Positions 39,101 to 51,474 of a stretch of 64,000 bases of DNA are shown here, piece after piece. The translations under genes were made by a program, and so were the position numbers. Each line of letters opens with the position of its first letter. Position 1 is the stretch's first letter. The notes beneath the pieces are model-generated. The model saw only the letters and a program-made list of their open reading frames with translations. It was not told where the DNA came from and did not search any database. The stretch spans positions 79,360,001 through 79,424,000 of the forward strand of contig NC_086375.1 of NCBI RefSeq assembly GCF_036588685.1. The letters are read 5' to 3'. The stretch is from Mytilus trossulus (lineage: Eukaryota).

Positions 39101-41080
39101 ATTTTAGATTAAGAAACAAATATCCCTAATACAAATATCTAATTCCTTGTTCTGATTTGGCTATCATTGGTGTCCTTTTTCTTTTGGTCAGCTTTTACCA
39201 CTTTTTTAAAAGGTATAAAACTGTCAAATATTTCAGCTTCGAGAGGTAAAAAATGTCGAAATGCATTACTAATGGAATCCTAAATGGTTTAACGGTTCTG
39301 AGAAATCTGAATACAATTTCCTTTGAATTTGTCGGTTTATTGTTGCGTGGTTAAATTTTTTATTTTACAATGAAAAGTAGTTCCTATTTCAACAGGTTGG
39401 TACTTTGAGCTTATTTTCAGTACCTATGGTAATTCTTTGTTGCGGTTTAATAATTCAGTACTGTTTTAATTGTAAGTCTTTAGTGTCTGTGGTACCGTAT
39501 AGTGTGTTTCATTGTATATTTGCCTGTTCCAAGTCAGGGTCAACGTCTGTAGAGGGTTCATTCCCTTTTCACGTACGTTGGGAATCAAGTGGTATAGATT
39601 CCAAATTATCTCTGTGTACTGTTAGGTAAGTTATTTCTTTCACGAATTTTAATTCTTATTTTCTTATTGTAGGTTTGTGATTTTAGTAATTGGCGATCGT
39701 TCACATACCAGTATCTGGCATATTGATAGAAATACGATTTTAATATTTTATAATGAAGGATATTAAAAAATATATAAGTAAGGACGGAAATTGGTATTAT
39801 ATCTTGATAAATTCTAACTTTTTTGTACATTAATATGTTACAGGTATAGGATATAAGATTTGATATTAAAATCGAATGTATTTTTTTTAATTCATAAATA
39901 AGGCCGGATGTTGATCTTTATTTGCTTTTAAAATCTTCATCTTTTGAACCCTGTTGAATAGTTGTTTCAATGACATTCACACAACGCTCCATTATTTGTA
40001 TACTTTTATACACTACTAGAGTAGAATCAAAATCACACAAATGCGAAAGAAATGAGTATGGGATGGATGAATGTAGGGATAGAACTCTATAAAATCCTAT
40101 ATGACTATATAATATTGATTTTACTGCTGGTTTTGATAGTTCAAAGAATGTTCCGGTTCTTTTTCTTTTCGATTTTGAATTAATTCTGAACGTAACATAT
40201 TTAATTTTGTAATAAATTATGGTTATAAACTGGTTATTATTAACAGATATCTTCAAACTTGCTCACCAAAAACAGAACAGTTACTCGTTTAACTAAAAAC
40301 CCTAGGTACTAGAAATATATTCGTATTTTTCATGAACATTTCATTCTTACTTCCGATCGAGTTTTGACGACCACTTTTATGTGAAAAGAGCCCCATGTCA
40401 CCTCAAACGCAATAAAAAAACGCAATCAATACGTTTTCATGATAAAAAGTAAAATTACAAAAGTAATGAACTCCGAGGAAAATTCAAAACGGAAGGTCAA
40501 CAGGCAAAATCAAAAGCTCAAACACATCAAACGAATGTCATTTTCCTGACTTGGTACATGCATGTTCTAAAGTAGAAAATTGTGGAGTAAACCTTGTTTT
40601 ATAGATAGCTAAAACTCTCACTTGTATGACACTCGCATTAATTTCCAATAAATTTACATTCAATTGGTAAGTACAGGATTGTTGCTAGACCTTCCTAAGT
40701 GCTATGTTAAACGATTTCCTCGTTTACTTTAGGACTCTGTATGTAATGGTTTTATTTGTCAGTCAAATGTATGAAATGTGTTTTTTTAGATGTCAAATCC
40801 GAATTTTTAACATATAGTATTTTATGTTCAATATATTAACAATGCCTGTACATTTGTGCCAACATCTGTTTCCGTTAAAAATCACGGAAAAAAACATTAT
40901 AATTTTTCATACATTATGTTACTGAAGAAACGTAAACGGCAAAACATTATTGGCATATATATCTATATAGTTAAAAAATGCATCAAAAACATTTTTAAAA
41001 AATTCCCCCCTGTGGTCGGGTAGATTTCGTTGCCCCGGTGTATAAAAATCTTACCTCGGTTGGTACATGCCGTAATTCAT
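33194..41080 (-). CDS. Intermediate filament protein, lamin-type long rod, no Ig-fold tail (paralog 1), ~482 aa
   Basis: Exons 41080-41055 (MNYGMYQP, donor GAG|GTAAGA), 38509-38051, 37483-37394 (90), 36968-36783 (186), 36392-36113 (280), 35894-35769 (126), 35210-34990 (221), 33873-33825 (49), 33205-33194 (RKY*); all phase-compatible, total 1449 nt. Coil-1A ELLRLNNRLSEYITRVRQL; rod end LKAEIEAMKILLSEEEKRL. AATAAA on the minus strand at about 32883-32878. First and last exons are less certain than the rod exons. Confidence 0.88.
34075..34342 (+). mobile_element. Retrozyme-like family A copy in an IF paralog 1 intron (antisense to the gene)
   Basis: Family A body with a hammerhead at 34277-34320. 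Confidence 0.75.
34277..34320 (+). ncRNA. Minimal type I hammerhead ribozyme (core intact, U-G wobble in stem III)
   Basis: GCGTCA CTGATGA GTCT TTTGT AGAC GAAA TGCGCG TC TGGCGT. Confidence 0.8.
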
Positions 41081-42960
41081 TTTTCCTGAGAAATGGATGT
41101 CAGTTTACACTAGCAACATCCGTGTATTGATGATATTAAAATGTTTGTGCATGGATAGTTTGTATCTATGGTTTCCATTCGTAAATAAAAACAAAATTGA
41201 AATTTGCATATTTATTTGATTTTTCTATTTATGGTTTCTGATATAAATATGATGCACAACTAGTCAGTTGTTACGAACGCATCGGTTTGTTTGTTGATAG
41301 GCGTTTCTGTGTACTTTAGATTTATCTTATAAACATACTCTTCCGTTAATGGTTAAGTTTAAATTCTACTAATGCCCAAGTATAAAAAGCAATTTATTTT
41401 GAAAAAATAATATCGATGAATTCCTGAGGCATAAAATAAGCTCAGTTTGATCTGATGTTTTCTACCATGGCAGAATAATGTGATAATAAAACTGAAAATC
41501 GATTTCTTCGACATTATTCTTAAGTGACATTTACATACTGCCGTCAATTGTTCTAACCATGCGTCTTTTTTCTTGATCTGACATATTTTTGTTTAAGTTT
41601 TCAGCAATTCTAGTTTATAAATATCAGAAGATTGGTTGTTCCAGCATGTTATGTACGTCTTGCTTTAAAATTTGATTGGTTTCCACGCAGCTCAGAATAC
41701 CACTGGTAAAAGTACAGGAAATCGGATATCAGGTTCTTCAAAATTTATGTAAAAAATATTTAAATTCAACACCTATAGTATTAAACATATATGATGTCAA
41801 AATCCATCGTATTAGAAAATATATATAATTAGAAGCAGTGGGTCGTATAGTTTTAATAGGTGTTTTTCTGTATGTATAAATCTTTCAGAAATGTTTATTT
41901 GGTAGATTGTTTATTAAAGGCGTTCAATATTCAAAACCTAATTGGGTAAGTCGATGTGAGGAGAAGAAAAGTTGAAGGTTTAAAATAAATTAAATTTTCA
42001 GGCATGCCTAGTATCAAAAGTAATGGTGTATATTCATAATATATATATATTTTTTTTATTTTTTTTTAGAATATTTTATTTACCAAATTAGGGCCCCAGG
42101 AGGGCATACGATAAAGATATTGATGAATTTATCCGAATGAAATAAACGCAGTATGAAAAAATACTATGTCGAATGCTATTGATGGATAGATATTATAAGA
42201 TGTGGACAGTCCATCAATAACGGTCCAGGGGCGTAGACAGGGATGAAGAATGGTATCTTGTTATTTCTCAACACATTATATGTATATGTAATCATATAAG
42301 ATGAATAAACAAAAATATTTCAAATTTTGTCATAATCTCATCTTGCTTTCAACTGTCATCTTATGTTTATGTTTCAAGTCAAGCCCTGAAAGAAGTATCG
42401 TTGAAAAAGTATAATAAAAAAGAATATCGAACTCAAAGACAAATAATAAAAGTACAAGAAAGTCCATAAAAACCGACGAAATCAAATGCTATAAAGTGAA
42501 AACAACTGCTATGGATATTCCATTTTCTTTGTTTTTTTATTATCATAATCCTGATTTGGTCCAGATATTTTCCGAAGAACATGGTGGTTTAACCTGGTTT
42601 TATATCTACAAATATAGTAGTAGTAGTAAGAAATGAAGACGAAATGTTCATTTTAAGCCAAATACGGCATTCAACTTCAGCGTTTTCATAAAATTAAAAA
42701 ACGGCTATGACTTGAGTCTTTTAAAATGGATCTATTTCACACACCTGCCTTGTTTGTAAAAAAAATCTCTTCATAAGAGCACATTCTTGACTTCAAAATC
42801 AACACAATTTGGATATCTTGTCAACATACGATGATTTGTGCATTTTTGGAACCTAAAAATTTGAGGACAACCTTGGCCGCAACCATGGATCACAAATGTT
42901 CTGTGATAAAAAGTTGCCACTGGCGATATTACAAATAAACCTGCTGTTGAGTTTATTGAA

Positions 42961-43536
42961 AATGAGTAGGTGCGGTAAGAGCCGATTTGGTCTCAAATTA
43001 TTCCTCTTATGAAAGATTTGGGACACTTTTCAAACACACAAGCGTCTACTTCCGTCAATTCAATTAGTTTATGTGAAAGATTTGACCTGATTATATTACA
43101 GACGCTCTAATTCAAGCTGGAATATGAAAAAAATCTATCAAATATGCAATAATATGTCAATTTTCAGATGGTTTTTGTCAAAAATGAAAGTGGCCGCATC
43201 CGTGTCACTCTCAACCTTTATATGTGTGATGTATTATCATCAAATACAACTTACATATGAATATTACTAGAATGAACACACATGCAGCCATTTTATTTTG
43301 AGACGGAAACCGACTGAAAGTTATTAAAATGTTAAAATTGTGAAGATTTCAGTAATTTAGCATGACTTAATGATGCTAGTACCAGATATTTGTGCATTGT
43401 ATTGTCCAAAACAGTCCATATTTATGTAGCAGAAGTATTCTACTTTCCAATAAAAAGCTAAAAGTTTACATTTAAACGATTTTGTAAAACTGCTATATTT
43501 TGGGACCAAAAAGGGGTCTTACTGAACATACTCCTT
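42961..43536. mobile_element. Intact TIR MITE (family D), ~575 bp
   Basis: Imperfect TIRs AATGAGTAGGTGCGGTAAGA ... TCTTACTGAACATACTCCTT; colinear with the split copy at 26308-29039. Confidence 0.75.
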
Positions 43537-44431
43537 TCAGCAAAAACTAACGTCACAACACACAAAAACATATACTTATGGAGTCAAAGTTCCAAAAGTT
43601 TTGGTATTAAAAGTAATACCACACCTTTTTCTATGTGAAATTTGTAGTATTCTGGCCTGATCAGTAGTGTCATCAAAATCTTATGGCCAATTTTATCAAC
43701 CACCAATTTGGGTAAACTACTGGTGAATCTCTAAATGACGATTTCGTGTATTTGTGTTATAGAGTTGATTTGTGTCATATTTTTTTTAAATATTTCCTTT
43801 TTATGATACCCTAAGAATGATTATGAACTAAGTTATTTTTACTAGTAGTTTTAACTAGAAGCTATAAGGATAGTATCGTAAAATGTGATATATGTTTGAG
43901 ATATCATTATGCACAGTTGATATCAATTTGAAAGCAACTCAATTGGTCATTATGCTGATTTACAATTCACATCACGTTTTCTGATCATATTACTGTTTGT
44001 AGTGCAATACCAAATGTTTACAAGTTAACCGACTAATTATAGTAGTAGTATATTTACAGAAGCACTAGCCACGAAGCAAGTGGTATTATATAATATTGAC
44101 AGTCATGCCATTTTTAGGGATGCAATTTGAATGTTAATGGCATATAAAAGTGAACACAGAATGAAAGAATACCAATTATTTTCTAAAGCATTACATTTAT
44201 ATCATCTAATCATAAGATAAGTCAATTCATATAGTTGGACGGATTACAATAATTTATGTCATATTTACTACTCTTACATAACTGTTTTTTGAATTTAAAA
44301 GAAAAGATAAGTCTGTTAAGAAGAAGCTCTACATTGCATGTCAGGAAGTTCATGTATTCATTTACATCTATACAATTAATTTGGTGCTGTGAAGTTTCGC
44401 TCGATTTCTCACTGTTTAATATGCATTCTTC

Positions 44432-47400
44432 TCAATCTGTGAAAAGAACAAATCATGTGCAAAATGAATTTGAATGCATTAATTATTTGTTTGTGGATTA
44501 ATGTTGAAATGTTATCATTCGTCTTCGATGACTGTTAAATTGTTAAAGAACAATTGATCTTCTTCACAGTCAATATACCATACAATAAAAAGTAGCAATG
44601 TATGATCATCTGTTTTTGTACTAGACTTGTGGATGACTTGACACTATAGCAACTTGTGTGGCCTTTTATAGGTTGCTGTTCGGTGTGAACCAAGGCTCCG
44701 TGTTGAAGACCGTACTTTGACATATAAATTAAATGTTTTTTCTTTCACAAATTGTGACTTGGATGGAGAGTTATCTCATTCGCACTCATACCACATCTTC
44801 TTATATAAGACATGTGGATCCACATGTATCACTTAGTTCATCAAAAATGTTATTGTTTCGACATCATAGTAAACAAGAATGTGTCCAAAGTACACGGATG
44901 CCCCACTCGCGTTATCATTTTCCATGTTCAATGGACCGTGAAATTGGGTGAAAAATCTAATTTGGCCTTAAAAGTTAACAGATCAACCAAAAGGGAACAT
45001 GTGTACTAAGTCTCAAGTTGATTGGACTTTAACTTCATCGAAAATTACCTTGACAAAAAACTTGAACCGAAAGTCACACTTCTGATTTCTATGTTCAGTG
45101 GACCATGACAATGGGATCAAAAGTCTAATTTGGTTTTAAAAATAAGAAAGATCATATCATAAGGAACATGTGTACTAAGTTTCAAGTTGATTGGACTTAA
45201 GCTTCATCAAAAACTACCTTGACCAAAAACTTTAATCTGCAGTGGGACGAACGGACGGACGGACGGACGGTACGACGAACAGACGGACGAAAAGACGCAC
45301 AGACCAGAAAACATAATGCCCCCTCTACTATCGTAGGTGGGGCATAAAATAGAGTTTATTAATTCGTCGGTTACTTAGTTTCTATTTCAATGTTTAAAGT
45401 TATTGTTCTTCCTTTATTTTCCTCTTACAGTTGATGTGTTTCCCTTGATTTTGGTTTGTAACCCGTATTTCTTTTCTCTCAATCGAAGTATGACTTTCGA
45501 ACACCAGTATACTACTGTTGCCTTTATTTATATACATTATTCGTTTAGTAGAATAAAGAACACTTCGACTGTATCTTGTAATAAGAACAAAAAAACTTAC
45601 ATCTATATTTGTTGTGATAGCGTCTGCAGTACCCAGGTCTGTAGGATGCTTGGTGATAGGTATTTTTATGTCCACCGGTTCCTACATAAGTACGTGTAAC
45701 TGCAGGGATGCTGTAGCTAGACGCTTGTGCACGTGACACTGCAGGGGTGTAACTCATCGTTTGAGAACGTGTCATTCCGGGGTGGTAGCTAGCCACTTTT
45801 GTACTCGTCATTGCAGGAGCGTAACTAGCCACGTGTGTTCGTGTCATTGCTGGGCTGTAACTAACCACATTTGATACAGTGCTTTCGTAATTTATTGGTG
45901 CACTTAATCTGAAACGAAAAAATAATGTGAAATGAAAATACAGCATAAAAACGAAGTGGAAGATGCCAAAGGGACAATCAAAATTAATGTTCGAAGAACA
46001 CTGACAATATTGAAAACGCCACGTTATAAACGACAAAAAGACAAACAACAGAACAAAAAAACAGTTATGAAATAGATATTAAAGAGACACAATTTTTTTT
46101 TTTGATCTATTGACAAATGTAAATTCTGAATAATTAGATTTATATCGCATGTATGCTAGTAACATACACGGCATATTCCTTGGAATTAGGTACATGTAAT
46201 GAGTCCGTTCTAACCCATTCAAAACAGCAACAAGCCAAAACAGATAATTTCGTTATTGTAATTTTTTCTCCAATGTACTTGATGTGTAATTCACATGCAT
46301 GGTTTTATTTCTAAACGGTTCCAGTTGTCCCTCATAGTCTATTTCATGTTTAATACATTATACCTTCTTTCTTCTTCTGCCAATAACATTTTCATCGCTT
46401 CAATTTCTGCTTTAAGTGGTATATAGGAATCCTTGGAAACCTTTGCTTCTTCTAACTTAACAAACAGTACATGTTGAATCTCTTTAAATCTTTTCTCCAT
46501 CTCTTGAATTTGTCCAAATGCCCTTGACCTTTCTTGTGCCAATAAAGCTTCTAATGACTGTTTTTGTTGTGCCATTGCACCTACCTAAAAGAAATTAGAT
46601 CCTTTATCAGAATTGCGTGTTTTGCGCACTGGTTGCATATAATATTGATCCGTTGTGATTTTATGTACTGACTGGAAGTTTCAGAAGAAATTTATAAAAA
46701 ATAGAGAGAGAGATAGAGGGAAAAACTGAAGAAGATGTTTTATGTTTATTGGTATTAATTCTGATAATCTGATTGTATTTATGACTTCCATGGTCGAGAT
46801 ACAAGATTTTTTTTTTAAATAACTATTGTTGGAAGGAATCCAGATTTAACAATAACATCGGGACAAACATTACAACATCGGGACAAACATTACAACATTG
46901 GGACACATATTATTACACCGGTGTTGTTGTTTTTAAACTAGTAGGACAAAAACTGGAATTAAACTTAACAGTATCAATTTCGGGTCAAGCATATTGTTGT
47001 TAGTATGTTTTTACAAGATAGTCGAATGAACTCGGGGCAAACACATCTCACGTAGAAGTTATAATAGCATACAAGACAGATACCCCCAAAAATGTATAAC
47101 ACATACAACTGTTCTGTGTTTAAAATAATAACTAAGATACTCTTTCGGCAATATTTTTTAACCTACAGGTTTACTTTTATTATGTAAAAATCTTACTTGT
47201 GATTCTAAGGCAGCAATTTTAGCTTTAAAATCTCCGACACTGCCCATAGCATAAGACTTTTCCTTTTCCAATCGTCCGATAGTGTCGGCGTCGTTCTCCA
47301 TCTGGGATTTCAATACAGAAATCTGCAAAAAAAATTATATCGTTTCATGATATTGAAAGATAGTTATATACTGTATCTTACTCAAACTTTTCACATACAT

Positions 47401-50400
47401 GGGTTTTTATTGCCTTCCTTCCTTTCCGATGCATATTGTAGATTTTAGCGGAGAGGTGTTTAAAAAAATATTAAGGGAAGGATACTTTGTATACAAACTT
47501 ACGCTTTTACCATATCTAGATTCAATGTCCGACTGATGTTTCTTCAACTCGTCTTCCGCTGCATGTCTTACTTGTCTGAGGATGTCTGGGATATTTGTAT
47601 CAGTCTTACTCAGTTGACGGATACGTGTCTCCAGTGACAGTATATTAGCGGTTGTAGCCTCTAATCGTTGTTTTAGATCAGCGACATGCTGTCTAAGGAC
47701 GTTGTTGTCAAATTCGTATTTTTTTGTTGAAGCAGCAAAGGCTTCCTCTACGTCTTTTCTAGTTTGTAGTTCTCTTTCCCATCTAAAAAGAAAATTGTGT
47801 GTAATATATATTAGCATCTGATACATTTCAATATACACCAATTATGTTTTGCCCTAAACCAGAGACATATAATACAATTGTATTATATGTCTCTGCCTAA
47901 ACTAAACTTAGATAATAACGAAGTTAATGAGACAAAGGGTTAATCATAAGTAGCTCAGGGTGGTCAAATATTAAAATATTAATTTAAAAAACACAAAAAA
48001 AAAACCACAAGACCTTAAAAAAATAGACAAATACTGTAACACTTGTTTTCTTTTCCACATTGTCAAATTATCCGCCTGTTAAAATATAAATGGACTGTCG
48101 AACACCGCTCTTACAAAAAAGTGACCTTTTATTTCAATGTGAAAGTGTAACGTAGAACAGTCAGAAAAAGAAATTAACAAACAAACAGGAAGCATAGTCA
48201 ACACAAGCAACAACTAGAATATGAAAGACCAATGTGCTAACTTAGCTAAAACATGTTGCTTTTCTGATGCAATTTTAATAAAATGTATTCTAAAGCAAAC
48301 AAAGGGGGTTATTTTCTTAAGGATGTTTGCTATCTTCTTTTTGAATTTTTGCCAGATTTTCGGAATCCTCTTGTTTTATCCATGTATTGCCATTCAAAAA
48401 TTTGCCCATTAACCCCTTCTTTTCTATTCATAATTTTGTTACATAAAGTTCAAAGAGCCATATTTCAAAATCTTATAAAATCCTTGTTATTTTTTCATAG
48501 TTTTTGAAACAGAAAAGTGTCTATGTTAAATGTATGAAAAATCTAGAGAGAATTATTTCCCGCCAAATTTTCTATGGCTTATATCTCGAAAACAAGCACA
48601 CAGACCCTCCAAATTTTTCTGCTTTTATTTTTTCTTTATCTATATACTATCAATTCATAACAGTCTTTTGAAAAGCTTGTTATTTTTAAACAGAGAAGCA
48701 AACATCCTTAAACAAATCAAGGTACAACTTTGAAATATAGAAAACAAATCCTAGTACTATCTGTAAAAGTGGTGAAATTTGGTGCCGTTTGATTTTTAAT
48801 TGTTTCCCCAAGCATTGTTCTGATGGTTTTGAAAGGAAAATTACACTTAAATTAAGGTGGTACCTAACACTTTCATTAAAATTAATTTGGCTCGTTTAAT
48901 TTTGATAGAATTTTGACAACGTATTTACTTTGACCCTGTAACAAAAATATAAAAATTTCAAAAATTTTGAACCAACCGTTTTGTCAGAAAAATTACACTG
49001 GTTATATAGCACTTTGACAAACACCAATTTTGATCTGTGAGAAGCTACTTATTCCCTTTACAACGCAACGTTATCAAAACGTTTATCTGAATTTACATTG
49101 CTATCTCCCTACAGTGTTAGGTACCACCTTCATTTGACATTTGTACTCTTAGAGATAACCTAACTTTATTATTACCTTCCTTTGAAATCTTCCCTATCCC
49201 TCCTTAGATCTGCTATCTCTTTCCTAAGACTTGGACCTTCATCCAGTGGTTGTGGTGCCGATCGGAGTTTAGCTATTTCTTGTTCTAGACAGCTTATCGT
49301 CTGCTGGTAGCTAGTGACATTTCCAACTAGCTCACGGTTCTTGTCAACTTCTAGTGCTAATCTGTTGTAGTAATAGATTTATTTTGTTATTTCAATGGAT
49401 TCTTTAACTTAATAATATAATATCATATTCGTTAAAAAAAACATATTTTGTATAATCCATTCAACTCAAATGACAAATATTCATTTGCTATTACTTAGTA
49501 GTATGTTATTAATTATAGAGAAAAACTGTGGACTCTTTGAGAGTTGTTAAAAGTGTTTTAACGGTTAAATAGAAGATGTCACTTTCCCTGCATCGAAAAT
49601 TGGGTTTGACATTTTCATTCCGACCGAACATGGTTACGACTTTATACATTCCCCAAACCCAAATGAATGCTCCTCCTTACCAAGGATTTCACTGCATGGC
49701 AGGAGAAATCCAGGGATTACCATTTTTCTCTACCCTTTCCCGAATTACAAGAGGTCATAAGTTCATGAGGTTAAAAAAAATCTGTTTCAGTTTGAATTAT
49801 TTCCTTTTGTTTGAAGAACGAGAGAGAAAGGAACTGGTTTGAATTGTTCTACATTGTCTTATCGGGGCCTATAGCTGACTATATGCGGTATGGGCTTTGC
49901 TCATTGTTGAAGGCCGTACGGTGACCTATAATTGTTAATGTTTGTGTCATTATGGTCTTTTGTGGATAGTTGTCTCATTGGCAATCATACCACATCTTCT
50001 TTTTTATATGGACATTACTGAAAGGCACTTTAGTGATTTGTGATTAAAAAAGCATGTGTTTTTCTTTTGTCATCATGCAGTTGTGTTACCTCTTTTCCAA
50101 ATCCTTAGAGGTTTGAATAAAGCTTCCATACTGTTGTTCCAAACTGTGTTTATCTTGTACACTTCCTTGCAGTTGTCCTCTGTAAGTAAATTTAACTAAT
50201 GATAATTTTCTTGAAACATGGAGATCAAATTGATTCTTAGTGAATCGTGGAATTAAGTTGGAAGTTATTTTGCTTTAACTACTATTACCTCAGGCTTTCT
50301 TTATATATTATTAATTCACTGAATTGTACCCAAATGTTCAAAGGTTTATATTTCGTTCTGGTTCAATATCCGTTAAATTATATACTATATGTATATGTAT

Positions 50401-51474
50401 GGCTTTGAAATATCTCAATTAATATTTAAACTTAAATCAAGCTGTTATTATTAAAGTCATACATCTAACGTAATGCTCATTGCATCAGTTGGATTGAAAC
50501 TGTTTAACTTTTTAAAATCAATTTCCATTTTTTTTTTTAATAATTCGAGTTTGATAAATTAAAATCAACATATTACGTTAGAGCTTTTTAAACAATTTCT
50601 CTCTGTACATGGGTATTTTTAGCAAAGAAAACATAATAGGATCCTGAGTAAAAAAAATGAATTGATTATTTTTTTGTCATTTCAAAGATCTTCAAAGTTA
50701 GTGATTTTAGATCGTCAAGAAGCTATCTATGTAAATGGTATAAACGCCCTTGTTTCTACTCTCCTCCTCATTATCTTCTACCTTTTTCTTAGGAAATAGT
50801 GAAACAAATATTTATAACGTCAATAAAATTCAAAAAATTTAAGTTTAATTTCATTTGCAATATAGTAAAACAACAACAAAAATGGGAATATATATATTTG
50901 TCAATTGGATTTGTTCCCCCCCCCCCCCCCGTATATTTTAAAGTATGAAATACATGCTTTGAATCGCACTAATCAGCAGTACCTTAAGTTTGCGAGTTCG
51001 TATTCATATAAGTCCTTCAGTTTTAAGACTTCGTCTTCCAATATTTTAGTTGATTTGAGGAATGCCGAAGAATCGATCTGTCCACGTTGTTCCCAAAGCT
51101 GTCTTACTCTGTTTATATATTCAGACAACCTATCATTTAGATGTTGTAGCTCAGCCTTGTCCTCTAACTTAATCGTTCTCTTCATCCCATAGTCATTACC
51201 TCCCCCTGACTTTGAGTAACTCAGGTTAGTTACTCCAGTATTAAAGTCATCTCCACCAGAGGAGCTGTACGACTCCCAAGCTTGTTGAGTGGACGGGTAA
51301 TATGATGGTGATCGGAATGTCGTTGTTCTAGGACTTACAAAGGCGTTTGTAGTTGTCTTGTATTGGTAGGGTTGGTCATAGCTTTTGTACAAGTAATTAC
51401 TTTTGTTGTTGGGTTTGTATGTGCAGCTTCTACAGGCCTTATCATTATAGAAATTTTTGTAACTGGTATCATAT
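44432..51474 (-). CDS. Intermediate filament protein, lamin-type long rod, repetitive Tyr/Ser/Thr tail (paralog 2), at least 569 aa; start exon not located
   Basis: Exons 51474-50983, 50179-50090 (90), 49361-49176 (186), 47782-47503 (280), 47322-47197 (126), 46584-46364 (221), 45908-45601 (308), 44436-44432 (completes ..KYRY*). The five central rod exon sizes are identical to paralog 1. Coil-1A ELQHLNDRLSEYINRVRQL; rod end LKAEIEAMKMLLAEEERRL. The first located exon begins in phase 2, so an upstream ATG exon is expected. Confidence 0.88.
44872..45348 (+). mobile_element. Helentron-associated (HINE/pearl-like) non-autonomous element
   Basis: AACAAGAATGTGTCC start, two ~165-bp internal tandem units (about 44921-45068 and 45089-45237), a (GGAC)n microsatellite at 45252-45270, and a terminal hairpin ATGCCCC..GGGGCAT. 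Confidence 0.75.
46852..46915. repeat. 20-bp tandem repeat, 3 copies (ACAACATCGGGACAAACATT)
   Basis: Directly visible, in an IF paralog 2 intron. Confidence 0.8.
47860..47895. mobile_element. 36-bp perfect palindrome with 7-bp TSD (probable P-superfamily excision footprint)
   Basis: CCTAAAC|CAGAGACATATAATACAATTGTATTATATGTCTCTG|CCTAAAC. Confidence 0.65.
48321..48707. mobile_element. Kolobok-like MITE (TTAA TSD)
   Basis: TTAA|GGATGTTTGCT ... AGCAAACATCC|TTAA. Confidence 0.75.
48856..49128. mobile_element. Kolobok-like MITE
   Basis: TTAA|GGTGGTACCTAACACT ... AGTGTTAGGTACCACC|TTCA (16-bp TIR, one-mismatch TSD). Confidence 0.75.

Noticed and set aside
45545-45600. ORF-track C-terminus CKFFCSYYKIQSKCSLFY for IF paralog 2
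   Set aside because: A strong donor AGAT|GTAAGT at 45600 and an acceptor at 44437 give ..KYRY*, matching paralog 1's ..RKY*; the read-through is probably intron.
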